Shown piece by piece: positions 1 through 10,196 of a stretch of 64,000 bases of DNA. The stretch is from a virus. How positions within the stretch are numbered: the stretch's first letter is position 1; every line of letters begins with the position of its first letter. The notes beneath the pieces are model-generated. The model was not told the DNA's origin. It did no database searches and was given only the letters and a program-made list of their open reading frames with translations. A program made the translations under genes and the position numbers. The stretch is taken from positions 46,259-110,258 of the IMG/VR virus record IMGVR_UViG_3300032268_000986. One strand, 5' to 3'.

Positions 1-246
1 TTGACAAAAGCACCTATCGCAATGACTTTGCCCTGAGCATTGCAATAGGTATAGTGAGTGGACATGTTGGCAAAGTGGATGAAATACCTTGGCCTTTGAT
101 GAGTGTCATGCCTGATGCAACTCTGAGCAAAATTGACACAGATGCCTACTGTATTACCTATCAAGATCTAGATACCAAACTAAAGCAAGTGACCTGGCAC
201 GGTACAGATTTTCATGCCATGGGCAAACGACATCTGGAGATGATAA

Positions 247-1026
247 TTGCGTCCCGTTGAAGAACAAGGTTACGTCATACCAGCATTCAACACAGGCACT
301 GTGGACTATGTGGATTGTGCTAGAACCTTGGCCAAAACACTGTTGTTGCACAATCCCAGTGCTAGAATCTGTTTGCTCACAAACGAACCCTATGCCGCAG
401 ACACACATCTGTTTGCCTATACTCACACCGTGGCAATCACCACTGACAACATGTTTGCCAACGACTCATTGGTGTTTCACAACACACCATTCCGTGAAAC
501 AATCAAGCTAGAAGCAGACATGCTGATTGCTACACCCATTGATCACTGGTGGACCATGTTTAGACATCAAGATGTTGTGATCAGCACAGGTTGCAGAAAC
601 TGGCACGGAGACATCTCCACAGCACGACACTACCGATCAGTGTTTGACCACAATCATTTACCAGATGTGTACAACGCCATAACATACTGGCGCCGGAGTA
701 CAACAGCCAAAGAGTTCTTTGATCTTGTGCGTGACATATTTGCCAACTGGGATCAATTCAAAACACTGTTGAAATATGCTCCAGACGTTCCCGACACAGA
801 CCTGGTGTATGCCATGGCAGCACAGATCATGGGCCCAGAACGTGTGACTCAGCCCTGGGCCGAGTACCCACAAATTGTGCATATGAAACGGCATCATGCA
901 GGAACTCAAACTCAAGACTGGACACAGGAGCTGGTGTGGGAAATGTATCCGTTACGAGTGCAAACTCAGGCACAGTGGGGTGCGTTTCACTACCATGTAA
1001 AAAGGTGGACCAATGAACTGGAATGA
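247..1026 (+). CDS. hypothetical protein (TTG start; possible frameshifted continuation of ORF 54-260)
   Basis: 259-aa ORF with TAA at 244-246 directly upstream and no early in-frame ATG; ORF 54-260 in another frame abuts it. Confidence 0.4.
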   Translation: MRPVEEQGYVIPAFNTGTVDYVDCARTLAKTLLLHNPSARICLLTNEPYAADTHLFAYTHTVAITTDNMFANDSLVFHNTPFRETIKLEADMLIATPIDHWWTMFRHQDVVISTGCRNWHGDISTARHYRSVFDHNHLPDVYNAITYWRRSTTAKEFFDLVRDIFANWDQFKTLLKYAPDVPDTDLVYAMAAQIMGPERVTQPWAEYPQIVHMKRHHAGTQTQDWTQELVWEMYPLRVQTQAQWGAFHYHVKRWTNELE

Positions 1027-1345
1027 TCTAATAGACATACATGCAGCCATGCCAGGGCCTCAACCGGTATTTTATCGATTGTACTACGATGATCAAGGAC
1101 ACCCGCTATTCTACAGCATGGAGCATCGGCCTGGTAACTACATTGAAATCACACAGGAACAGTATGCCAAAAACGCCAGCAACGTGCGTGTGCGTGATGG
1201 CAAACTGGTGCCAGTGACCTGGACCACTTCAGAAAAGATTGTACCTGGAGACTCCGGAGTTGCCTGTGATCCACGGGATGTGGCTGTGGTAGTTGCACAG
1301 GAACCTTCAACCAAATGGAGCAAACGAACTTATGAAACAAATTGA
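1013..1345 (+). CDS. hypothetical protein (110 aa)
   Basis: ORF in operon-like overlap with neighbours. Confidence 0.35.
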   Translation: MNWNDLIDIHAAMPGPQPVFYRLYYDDQGHPLFYSMEHRPGNYIEITQEQYAKNASNVRVRDGKLVPVTWTTSEKIVPGDSGVACDPRDVAVVVAQEPSTKWSKRTYETN

Positions 1346-2255
1346 CGTTGCAGATCTAGACTGCATTTATCTCAGCTATGATGAACCCCAAAAAGAAGAA
1401 TTCTGGGTCAAGATCAAAAACACAGTGCCCTGGGCCCGCAGAGTAGATGGCATCAAGGGATCAGACGCAGCACACAAGGCCGCGGCCGCTGCCAGTGAAA
1501 CTGAACGATTCATTCTCATTGACGGCGACAACTTGCCAGACCCGGCATTTTTCAATCAGACACTGACATTTCCCACAGTGGACTATGAACAAGCTGTGTT
1601 TAGATGGCGTGCTCGCAACACCATCAATGGCCTGATGTACGGCAATGGTGGGCTCAGCTCATGGACACGGGAGTTTGTGATGAACATGAAAACACATGAA
1701 AACACCGACGGTCGCACAGAAACTGAAGTGGAGTTTTGTTTTGATCCCTTGTACTGGGCCATGCATGACTGCTATTCAAACACCTATCCCAATGGTTCAG
1801 CATTTCAGGCCTGGCGTGCTGGATTCCGTGAAGGTGTCAAGATGTGTTTGCAACGAGGCCGCAAGCCCACTGTGGAAGAATTTAAAAATCAAGTGCTACG
1901 CAATCTTGATAACCTTACCATCTGGCACAACGTGGGCACAGATGCGGAATACGGTGAGTGGGCCATTGCAGGCAGTCGCCAAGGCACATACATGACCATG
2001 CTCACAAGCTGGGACCATACTCAAGTGCAAGACTTTGACGCTTTGGCTGAATTGTGGTCAACTGTTGAAAATTCACAGCCCAGGATACTCAGCAATCAAC
2101 TGGGCCCTGAATTGGGCGCACAACTGGACTTGCCCATGGCCATTCTAGAAGCTGAACAGAGTGCATTTTTCAAGCATCACTATCGTGGCAACTGGCAGAA
2201 TCGTGGCGTCATGACACGAGAAATTGATGTGATTAGACAGCAAGAAGGCTGGTAA
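1293..2255 (+). CDS. putative GT-A-like glycosyltransferase (DxD motif)
   Basis: VDGIKGSDAAHKAAAAASETERFILIDGDN with DxD; paralogous to C-terminal domain of giant protein 20191-24561 (DGVTGRERAYKAAATMSET..., N.INGL.YG); true start may be ATG at 1332. Confidence 0.5.
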   Translation: MHRNLQPNGANELMKQIDVADLDCIYLSYDEPQKEEFWVKIKNTVPWARRVDGIKGSDAAHKAAAAASETERFILIDGDNLPDPAFFNQTLTFPTVDYEQAVFRWRARNTINGLMYGNGGLSSWTREFVMNMKTHENTDGRTETEVEFCFDPLYWAMHDCYSNTYPNGSAFQAWRAGFREGVKMCLQRGRKPTVEEFKNQVLRNLDNLTIWHNVGTDAEYGEWAIAGSRQGTYMTMLTSWDHTQVQDFDALAELWSTVENSQPRILSNQLGPELGAQLDLPMAILEAEQSAFFKHHYRGNWQNRGVMTREIDVIRQQEGW

Positions 2256-2931
2256 ACTGTTGTGCTAGATACTGATGGGTTTTAATACCATAATGAAATC
2301 CATCACGTGCCCGATCCTGGATTGTGCAAGGTAACAGTAGATTCTGCATAACTGGATATTCAACCTTACCTGGGTGCCAGTTGGGTATAAAGCTGTGTAC
2401 TATTTTGCACGACTGTTTAGAGATTGATTCAAAATTCTGCTGCCAACTGGCATAGTTTTCTTGATCACTGTGTGTGGCTTCGCATAGTGTGCGTTCGTCA
2501 TCGTGCCATGATGTATCTGCATGTTCTCGACGATGACTAAACGTATAATGTATTACTATAGCCCATGGGGTAACCAGTTCAAGCACATCTGCTACTCGTC
2601 TGGCAATCCAATTGTTACTAGCACCGTTTAGACTGATGTTAAATACCTTGCGGTTTAACTGTTGTTGCATTATATCACTAAACCGTTCTGACGCATTTAC
2701 TCCCAGGCCTAGAGTAAAACTATCTCCAAATACAACAACAGACTCTGAATCCAGTTCTCCTAACTCGTGTGTTCTAAATCCCAATGAGTTAAACTTATAC
2801 TGAACCGTGCCGTATTGATCAAATCGTTTGCCAGCATACCGGGCACTGTCGAGTCCCAGTTCAGAGCACACTAGATTTGAATACCGAGGAATTATAATAT
2901 TGTGCATAGAGTATCTATAAATATTTGCCAA
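2233..2931 (-). CDS. SGNH/GDSL-family hydrolase
   Basis: block I motif VVFGDSFTLGLG. Confidence 0.6.
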   Translation of the reverse strand: MANIYRYSMHNIIIPRYSNLVCSELGLDSARYAGKRFDQYGTVQYKFNSLGFRTHELGELDSESVVVFGDSFTLGLGVNASERFSDIMQQQLNRKVFNISLNGASNNWIARRVADVLELVTPWAIVIHYTFSHRREHADTSWHDDERTLCEATHSDQENYASWQQNFESISKQSCKIVHSFIPNWHPGKVEYPVMQNLLLPCTIQDRARDGFHYGIKTHQYLAQQFTSLLAV

Positions 2932-4016
2932 TGAACGTCCTTATACTTACTCCTGACCGTGTGGGTAGTACATTATTGCAGCGACTCATCACTGTATACG
3001 CTAATATAAACGAAAACCAAAGTCCTTTAACGGTTAACCTACACGAACTAACCAACGGGTTAGTAGAGTACCCCAACAAATGCTACAACCAGACCATGCT
3101 GGGCAAAAAGCCTGATGCCTGGGGATATCATCAAAGTTTAAGTACAGTTACGCAGATGTTGTCATCTGCCAAGCACGATGTAGTAAGCAGACTTGCACAC
3201 TATCACATAAAGAATAGAAAAGATAGTTTAAGTGATCAGTTGAGCTTTTATCAGTGGCTCAACGAAAACTTTTATATCATTGCTGCTCGTCGAGAAAACT
3301 TGTTTGAACATGCCATGAGTTGGTGTATAGCAGCAGAAAGCAAAAAGCTCAATGTATACAGCTTTGAAGAAAAGTATAGCACCTTTGCAGAATTACAACA
3401 ACACGGTCTTGACATACAACCTGATGTAATACACAAGTATCTCAATACCTATCAAGATTACATAACATGGGTAGAGTCGCATTTTACTGTAAATGCTTAT
3501 TTTGAATACGAAAGAGACTTGCCCAATATTGAAAACTTTATCACAGGACTCAGTTGCTTTAAAAAGTTCAAGAACCCACTCAAGTGGCAGGATCGTTTTG
3601 ATATCAGCTGGACAGATTGGAACCGCATGCACTACCTGTTGAGTCTTGTGAGCTTCGACTACCAGTTCAGTGCCGAGGAAGACCAGTTCATGACAACCAA
3701 CATTGATTTATACAGTGCTGCTAGAATACACATACAGGATCTCCAGGATCAGGGCATATTGGTTTCAGGTATCCCTATCAAATTGCACACACTCAAAGAA
3801 AAGGCCAGCCTAATTCACAACATTGATCAGTGTTTGTTGCATTACAACAAATGGGTGAATACTATTCAACCACATTGTGGCTTGACGTATACTCCGCAAC
3901 ACCTGGAGCAAGTTGCATTATTAGAACACCATGCCTGGCGTGGTAATTCTGAAACTTTGCTCACATCAACTATTCCCGAAACTAAATTACTATCTTCAGA
4001 CTTGAAGTTTTGTTAA
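2925..4016 (+). CDS. hypothetical protein with sulfotransferase-like N-terminal P-loop (ILTPDRVGSTLL)
   Basis: 363-aa ORF; motif resembles PAPS-binding xRxGST of sulfotransferases; weak. Confidence 0.35.
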   Translation: MPMNVLILTPDRVGSTLLQRLITVYANINENQSPLTVNLHELTNGLVEYPNKCYNQTMLGKKPDAWGYHQSLSTVTQMLSSAKHDVVSRLAHYHIKNRKDSLSDQLSFYQWLNENFYIIAARRENLFEHAMSWCIAAESKKLNVYSFEEKYSTFAELQQHGLDIQPDVIHKYLNTYQDYITWVESHFTVNAYFEYERDLPNIENFITGLSCFKKFKNPLKWQDRFDISWTDWNRMHYLLSLVSFDYQFSAEEDQFMTTNIDLYSAARIHIQDLQDQGILVSGIPIKLHTLKEKASLIHNIDQCLLHYNKWVNTIQPHCGLTYTPQHLEQVALLEHHAWRGNSETLLTSTIPETKLLSSDLKFC

Positions 4017-4030
4017 TTCTATGTTATAAT
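4002..4030 (+). promoter_or_regulatory. candidate promoter TTGAAG-N17-TATAAT just upstream of first radical-SAM gene
   Basis: TTGAAGttttgttaattctatgtTATAAT; -10 ends 6 nt before ATG 4036, so leaderless or true start further downstream. Confidence 0.35.
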
Positions 4031-4035
4031 ACTAT

Positions 4036-5964
4036 ATGATTATTGCCTTTTATCCGGGCAGCGGCGGTAACCGCTACTACCAAATGCTCACAGGTACAAC
4101 TGAATTTGATTCCGGTGTTACCTATGACCATTTATTAAAAACATCACAGCGTTTTCCTTATCGTTATCCCGACAAGAACAGTGTTCTGCCTGATCAACAG
4201 TTGATACTAACACACTGCATGAATGTACCGCTGCTCAAGCAGTTATGGCCAGGTCACGAAGTTCATGTTATTCTAGCAAACCGCACAGCAAGTATACGCA
4301 GAGAATGGGTGTTAGAAGGAAAACACAGAGAACACAACATGCCCGACCTTTTGGAAAACGCACTGGCTACCATAGGGCATCACGACAGATACTACCAAGA
4401 ATACCCTGTAGATACCAACGGTGCAGACATTGTCGTGGATATAGACACAGATCCCGGGACATTTGCCACAATGATGCAGGCTGAACTTGCCGCTTGCACA
4501 AGTGAAATATTTGATCAAGCAGCAGGTGAATACCGCCCCGGGGACCTACGCGATATACCTGGCGATCAAATGGTAGAAGGATTCAAAAGTAAGTTTTTAG
4601 ACGACGCTGAAAAGATGCGTATGCGTTTGGATCAAGTTAGTCCCAGCATGTGTTTGGCCAAATGGAAACAAGTTAGCTTACACTTGCAAACAGGCATGAA
4701 TAATAGCTGCTATCATCCTCCCTTACATGCAATTCCTATAGATGCTATACAACGCAACCCTGGGTCACTGCATAACACACCCTACAAAAAAGAACAGCGC
4801 AAGATGATGCTCAACGGCGAAAAGCCCGCAGAATGCTCTTACTGCTGGAACATGGAAGCTGAAGGCAAACTCAGTGATCGCCACTATAGATCAGCAGAGT
4901 CCTGGGCAGCACAAGATTTTGGTAAAATTATTAGTTCAGAGTACTCTAATGACATTATTCCATCCTATGTAGAAGTTAACTTTAACAATGCTTGCAACCT
5001 CAAGTGCAGTTATTGCAGTCCTCAGTTCTCCAGCAGCTGGGCTGATGAAATCAGCCGCCATGGTGGGTATCCTACTTCAACTGTTCATAATTCCCCTGAG
5101 CATTTTTCCGGATCACGAAGGGTCATACCTGCCCGTGAACACAATCCCTATGTTGAAGCGTTTTGGTCTTGGTGGCCAACACTATACCCCGAGCTCAAGC
5201 ACTTTAGAATGACAGGTGGTGAGCCTTTGCTGGACAAAAACACATACCGAGTTTTTGATTACGTACTAGAGCATCCCAAGCCAGACTTGCACTTGAATGT
5301 CACATCAAACTTTTCAGTAGACGAAAAGTCATGGCAGAAATATCTAGGCTATGTGAAACGACTGTGTCAAGAAGGCAACCTAGAACACTTCATGCAGTAT
5401 GTGAGCCTAGACGGCTGGGGCACTCAAGCAGAATACATGCGTCATGGCATGGACTTTGATCTAGTATGGGACAGAGTAAATCAATTTCTCACTGAAGTTC
5501 CCAGCTACAACAGCTTGACATTCATTGTCACAATGAACAACCTCAGTGTAACGTCACTGGAAAACTTATTTGCAGGCATCCTAGGACTTCGAAAAATACA
5601 CAGTACCACATACCAACGTGTATGGTTTGATACTCCTGTGCTGCGTGAACCTGCTTGGCAAAGTCTGCAAATCTTGCCTGAACCCTATGCTGACCGCCTG
5701 GAACACTTGTGGGCCTGGATGATACGCCAGATAGAAACTCCTGAAGATCCATTTCATGGCTTCAAGGACTATGAACTGGCACGATTAGATCGTGACATTG
5801 CTTGGATGCGAGCTGGACAAAAACAAGACCATGCACAGGCCCGAGCCGACTTCTATCGTTTCTTCAGCGAACATGATCGTCGCCGCGGTACAGATTTTTT
5901 AAAAACATTTCCCGAAATGAGTGCTTGGTGGAACGAGTGTGCGTATCATGCTAGGAACACATAA
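4036..5964 (+). CDS. radical SAM/SPASM-domain enzyme with ~290-aa N-terminal extension
   Basis: CX3CX2C (NNACNLKCSYCSP); N-proximal C..KW...GMNNSCYH motif shared with four paralogs; TGGEPL motif. Confidence 0.7.
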   Translation: MIIAFYPGSGGNRYYQMLTGTTEFDSGVTYDHLLKTSQRFPYRYPDKNSVLPDQQLILTHCMNVPLLKQLWPGHEVHVILANRTASIRREWVLEGKHREHNMPDLLENALATIGHHDRYYQEYPVDTNGADIVVDIDTDPGTFATMMQAELAACTSEIFDQAAGEYRPGDLRDIPGDQMVEGFKSKFLDDAEKMRMRLDQVSPSMCLAKWKQVSLHLQTGMNNSCYHPPLHAIPIDAIQRNPGSLHNTPYKKEQRKMMLNGEKPAECSYCWNMEAEGKLSDRHYRSAESWAAQDFGKIISSEYSNDIIPSYVEVNFNNACNLKCSYCSPQFSSSWADEISRHGGYPTSTVHNSPEHFSGSRRVIPAREHNPYVEAFWSWWPTLYPELKHFRMTGGEPLLDKNTYRVFDYVLEHPKPDLHLNVTSNFSVDEKSWQKYLGYVKRLCQEGNLEHFMQYVSLDGWGTQAEYMRHGMDFDLVWDRVNQFLTEVPSYNSLTFIVTMNNLSVTSLENLFAGILGLRKIHSTTYQRVWFDTPVLREPAWQSLQILPEPYADRLEHLWAWMIRQIETPEDPFHGFKDYELARLDRDIAWMRAGQKQDHAQARADFYRFFSEHDRRRGTDFLKTFPEMSAWWNECAYHARNT

Positions 5965-7054
5965 GCTCATAGTTGATGAATGGGCCGAAGTCTGGGACCT
6001 GCTGAAATCCTATGCCGATGATTCATTTTGGCAGTGGCCTGACACATTTGATCCTGACGCCACGTACATTGTGGGTCGTGTGGTGCTGAAAGAAAACTGG
6101 CAGAAGATCACAGACCTGGCCACTCGGTATCCAGGAAGAATAATCTTTAGTAATCCTGCCGAGGGGTCTGAAACTGTGCTACTACAGTTGAAAAGACTGC
6201 GCATTGCTGATCATGTGCAGGACCGGCGTATGGGCCTGTTGACTTCTGGTGATCTAGAGCCTGGAATTGACTACTGCCGAACAGACTGTTACTTCTCTAA
6301 CATAGTGGAATACACAGAAAACAAACAGGCACAGTTACAAGCCGCCCTGGATCACAAACAACACCGTCCTTATGAATTTTTGTTCTTGAATGGCCGACTG
6401 CGCCCGCATCGCAAATATCTAATAGATCGATTGCGTGAAACCGGCATGTTGGACTGCGCACTGTGGACCAACTTGGGCGCACATGTTGAACTGGGTTTTA
6501 CCAGCTGTCTTGACGTGGCACAAACTGAATACATACGCTTGTTGCCCCCGGAATACGAAATAGATCGTGCTGTGCCCAACATGGCTTCGGCTGCCGAACA
6601 TGCATTTTGCAAGCATCATTTGTTTGGCAACACCTGGGGCGATGCCATTGTGAATCCGCGGTGTTATACTGACTCTTGGTACAGTTTGGTAACAGAAACC
6701 ATTTTTGATTATGCTCACACCTTTCGCACAGAAAAGATCTGGAAACCCATATTAATGGCACACCCATTTGTTGTGGCTGCCAATTCTGGCTACTTGCGAG
6801 ATTTAAGGGCTGCAGGATTTCGCACGTTTGGTCATTTAATAGATGAAGGTTACGACAAAATTGACAATCCGCACTACAGAATTGAACGTGTAATAGACAC
6901 CGTGCGCGACATTGGTCAGCAGGGTGCTGCTGAATTCTGGCAGGCCAGCCGCGATGTCTGTAAATACAATCAGCAACATCTTGTGGAGTACAACCGTGAA
7001 CAACGGTCTCAACTTCCTATTGACCTAGAAAAATATCTAAATGAACGATCTTGA
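5921..7054 (+). CDS. glycosyltransferase-like protein, TEK-motif family (paralog 1)
   Basis: FRTEKIWKPI..HPF...GFRTFG...DEGYD motif shared with 11394-12383, 17945-19120, 19101-20192; resembles GT10 YxTEK motif. Confidence 0.5.
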   Translation: MLGGTSVRIMLGTHKLIVDEWAEVWDLLKSYADDSFWQWPDTFDPDATYIVGRVVLKENWQKITDLATRYPGRIIFSNPAEGSETVLLQLKRLRIADHVQDRRMGLLTSGDLEPGIDYCRTDCYFSNIVEYTENKQAQLQAALDHKQHRPYEFLFLNGRLRPHRKYLIDRLRETGMLDCALWTNLGAHVELGFTSCLDVAQTEYIRLLPPEYEIDRAVPNMASAAEHAFCKHHLFGNTWGDAIVNPRCYTDSWYSLVTETIFDYAHTFRTEKIWKPILMAHPFVVAANSGYLRDLRAAGFRTFGHLIDEGYDKIDNPHYRIERVIDTVRDIGQQGAAEFWQASRDVCKYNQQHLVEYNREQRSQLPIDLEKYLNERS

Positions 7055-8366
7055 ATTTCGACGAGAAGTATTAGACAATATATCCGACAGTTTTTGTGCA
7101 GCCAAGTGGTACAACGCCACCATTTGGCTGGGTTCCGGCATGACCACATCATGTCATCACCCACCGGCCCATTTGGTGGACAAAGATAAAGTCCAGGCCA
7201 ACCCTAGGCTGTTGCACAATACTGATCAGAAAAAAGCAGATCGTGCCCTGATGTTAAAGGGCGAACGTCCCAGTGGTTGTGAATACTGCTGGAAAATTGA
7301 AGACATTGGTCGCGACAACATTTCGGACCGTGTGTACAAATCACGAATTTATCCCATAAAGGCCCTACATGAAGCAGCAAACACTCCCACAGATCAAGAC
7401 GTCAATCTTCGCACACTTGAAATTGCATTCGACCGCACTTGCCAATTTGCTTGTAGCTATTGTAACCCTGCTTTTTCTAGCACATGGGTTAACGACATCA
7501 AGCGCAACGGGCCTTACCAGTCCCTGGTGTCTGATGGGCGCAACCACTTTACTCATGCTCACGACAGTGCTCAACTATACCGGTTTGGCGAAACTAATCC
7601 GTATGTTGAAGCCTTCTTTGAGTGGTGGGAGACAGACCTCTACCAAACCCTGCAAGAACTGAGAATCACCGGAGGTGAGCCCCTGATGTCAGCGCACACC
7701 TGGCGACTGATTGACTGGTTCCGTGACAATCAAGGCCGCAGTGCAACACGCCTGGCCATTAACTCAAATCTGGGTGCGGATGTGGATGTTGATCGACTGT
7801 TGAACAGCACTCAAGGCCTGCCAGTGGAGATCTACACCAGCATGGAAGCCACGGGTGTAGCAGCCGAATACATTCGTGATGGCCTGGACTATGCAGCCTG
7901 GATCGCCAATGTTGAAAAGCTCTTGGCCGCAGGCGTCACAGTACATTGCATGTGTACCATTAATGCCCTGTGCTTGACCACACTGCCTGCACACCTGGAT
8001 CAACTGGTCACATGGAAAAAACAACACGGACATGATCGTGTGAACTTTACACTAAACATCCTGCGCTTCCCCAGCTTTCAATCACCCCTGGTGTTGCCCA
8101 ACACACTGCGCCAGCAGTTCCAGCAGGCGTTGACTCAGTGGCTAGAGGATCATCAAGGTCACAGCCATTTGCAAGAGCACGAAATCAATCACACACAGCG
8201 TCTAATAGACTATCTTGATGTAGTAAAGACTCCGCACAGTGATGCGTTTGACCTGCCCCGATTGCTGAATGATTTCCAGAAATTTCATGCACAATATGAC
8301 CAGCGCAGAAATAAAGATTTTGGAACAGCATTTCCCATGTTAAAGGAATGGTATGACAGCTTATAA
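7041..8366 (+). CDS. radical SAM/SPASM-domain enzyme
   Basis: CQFACSYCNP CX3CX2C; ITGGEPL; N-terminal C..KW...GMTTSCHH. Confidence 0.7.
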   Translation: MNDLEFRREVLDNISDSFCAAKWYNATIWLGSGMTTSCHHPPAHLVDKDKVQANPRLLHNTDQKKADRALMLKGERPSGCEYCWKIEDIGRDNISDRVYKSRIYPIKALHEAANTPTDQDVNLRTLEIAFDRTCQFACSYCNPAFSSTWVNDIKRNGPYQSLVSDGRNHFTHAHDSAQLYRFGETNPYVEAFFEWWETDLYQTLQELRITGGEPLMSAHTWRLIDWFRDNQGRSATRLAINSNLGADVDVDRLLNSTQGLPVEIYTSMEATGVAAEYIRDGLDYAAWIANVEKLLAAGVTVHCMCTINALCLTTLPAHLDQLVTWKKQHGHDRVNFTLNILRFPSFQSPLVLPNTLRQQFQQALTQWLEDHQGHSHLQEHEINHTQRLIDYLDVVKTPHSDAFDLPRLLNDFQKFHAQYDQRRNKDFGTAFPMLKEWYDSL

Positions 8367-9615
8367 TTACAACTCCGCAGACCTAGTACGACCTGTGGAT
8401 CTCACTGCTCGTGAGGAATTCTTGTTGAAAGATTCTAAAACCTTTTGCATCTATCCTTGGATTCATTTACATGCTTACCCCACTGGCGAAGCATACCCCT
8501 GTTGTCATGCCGAAATGAAACCGGGTGTAGTGGGCAACTGTCGTGAGAATACTCTGGCGGAAATATGGCGTGGTGAGCCCATGCAGAAACTGCGCAATGA
8601 CATGTTGACTGAAACTCCGCATGCTGCCTGCACACGTTGTTATGAACAAGAAGAGTCAGGTTTCTTTTCGGGCCGCCGTAGTGCCAACAAGCATCATGGA
8701 CACCACATAAAGAAGCTGGAAGAAAACCCATTTGAAATGACATACTGGGACATTCGTTTCTCAAACCTTTGCAACTTAAAATGTCGCAGTTGCGGACATA
8801 TCTTTAGCTCACAGTGGTATCAAGATCAAGCCAAGCTGGCTGGTGGAGACTGGAAAGAGCGCAACACAGTTCTTAACTATGCCGGCCGCACCGAAACTGA
8901 CATGTGGTCGCAGTTGGAACCGCACCTGGACTATGTGGAGCAAATCTATTTTGCCGGTGGCGAACCCCTGCTCATGGAAGAACACTATCGCATCCTGGAC
9001 GAGCTGGTGAAAAGAAAACGTTTTGATGTTAGATTGATCTACAACACCAACTTCACACACACTGATCTCAAGGGCCGTTCAGTGTTTGAATACTGGCGAC
9101 AATTCAACAGTGTGGCCGTGGGGGCAAGTCTGGACGCCTCGGGTGCCCGGGGTGAGTACATTCGCAAAGGCACTGACTGGGCTGTGGTAGAGAAAAATCG
9201 TCAAGACATGATCAATATCTGCCCTCAAGTGGACTTTTACATCTCACCTACTCTGAGCATCATGAATGCACATCACCTGCCTGAGTTCCATCGTGACTGG
9301 GTGGAAAAAGGACTGATTCGAGCACAAGATCTAAACGTAAACATCTTGCAAGATCCCCCACACTACCGCATAGACATAGCCCCGGCTGAATACAAATCAG
9401 AACTCACCGAGCTGTATCAAGAGCATATCAAGTGGCTGACAGCACAAGATCCCCTGGGCCGTGCCACACAGGGATTTGAGTCAGCTGTGACCTACATGAA
9501 TGCCACAGACAACACACATCTAATAGACACATTCTGGCGCAAGACCCATGAACTAGACAGTATCAGAAATGAAAATTGTCTCACAGTTATTCCTGAATTA
9601 AAGGCATTGCTATGA
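8353..9615 (+). CDS. radical SAM/SPASM-domain enzyme
   Basis: CNLKCRSCG; N-terminal CIYPW....YPCCH; AGGEPL. Confidence 0.7.
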   Translation: MTAYNYNSADLVRPVDLTAREEFLLKDSKTFCIYPWIHLHAYPTGEAYPCCHAEMKPGVVGNCRENTLAEIWRGEPMQKLRNDMLTETPHAACTRCYEQEESGFFSGRRSANKHHGHHIKKLEENPFEMTYWDIRFSNLCNLKCRSCGHIFSSQWYQDQAKLAGGDWKERNTVLNYAGRTETDMWSQLEPHLDYVEQIYFAGGEPLLMEEHYRILDELVKRKRFDVRLIYNTNFTHTDLKGRSVFEYWRQFNSVAVGASLDASGARGEYIRKGTDWAVVEKNRQDMINICPQVDFYISPTLSIMNAHHLPEFHRDWVEKGLIRAQDLNVNILQDPPHYRIDIAPAEYKSELTELYQEHIKWLTAQDPLGRATQGFESAVTYMNATDNTHLIDTFWRKTHELDSIRNENCLTVIPELKALL

Positions 9616-10196
9616 CAGCCGTTGCGCTAGGATGCAGTCACACTGCCGGAGTTGGTGTTGACTCACAGCACTGCTATGTATCAGTGCTGGGCCAGCTGCT
9701 GAATACACATATTAAAAATCTAGGAGTACCTGGCGGAAATTGTTCACATGTACAACATACCCTGGTCGCTGAATTAAAATTATCTCAGCGGCCAGACTTT
9801 GTGATTGCACAATGGCCCAATCCTGTTAGACTCACTGTATGGCATGGCGACCAGGCCAGAAATGAAAATTTAAACCATGCCAGCCCGGCCTTTAAACAAC
9901 TACTGCGCACCGGCGAACAAAATTTTTATCAACCCTGGATTGCAGCCATTGTTGTGTGTAATTTGCTGTGCCAACAGGCAGGAGTACCAATAATAAACAT
10001 CATGATTGAAGATGTTGACTCTCAATATTACACTGTGCTAGCCCGTGAAAACATTGTGCTGCATGTGGACCGCAAACTGCCTGATCAAACTTGGTTAATG
10101 GACTCAGCAGCCAGTGACAATTTGCATCATTCAGCCCGTTGTCACCAACAATGGGCCAATCGATTACATGGATTATTAAATGAATATACCACATAA
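9612..10196 (+). CDS. SGNH-like hydrolase-fold protein (GCSHTAG motif family)
   Basis: ALGCSHTAGVG and NLGVPGGN blocks; paralogous to C-terminal domain of 27797-28771. Confidence 0.4.
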   Translation: MTAVALGCSHTAGVGVDSQHCYVSVLGQLLNTHIKNLGVPGGNCSHVQHTLVAELKLSQRPDFVIAQWPNPVRLTVWHGDQARNENLNHASPAFKQLLRTGEQNFYQPWIAAIVVCNLLCQQAGVPIINIMIEDVDSQYYTVLARENIVLHVDRKLPDQTWLMDSAASDNLHHSARCHQQWANRLHGLLNEYTT

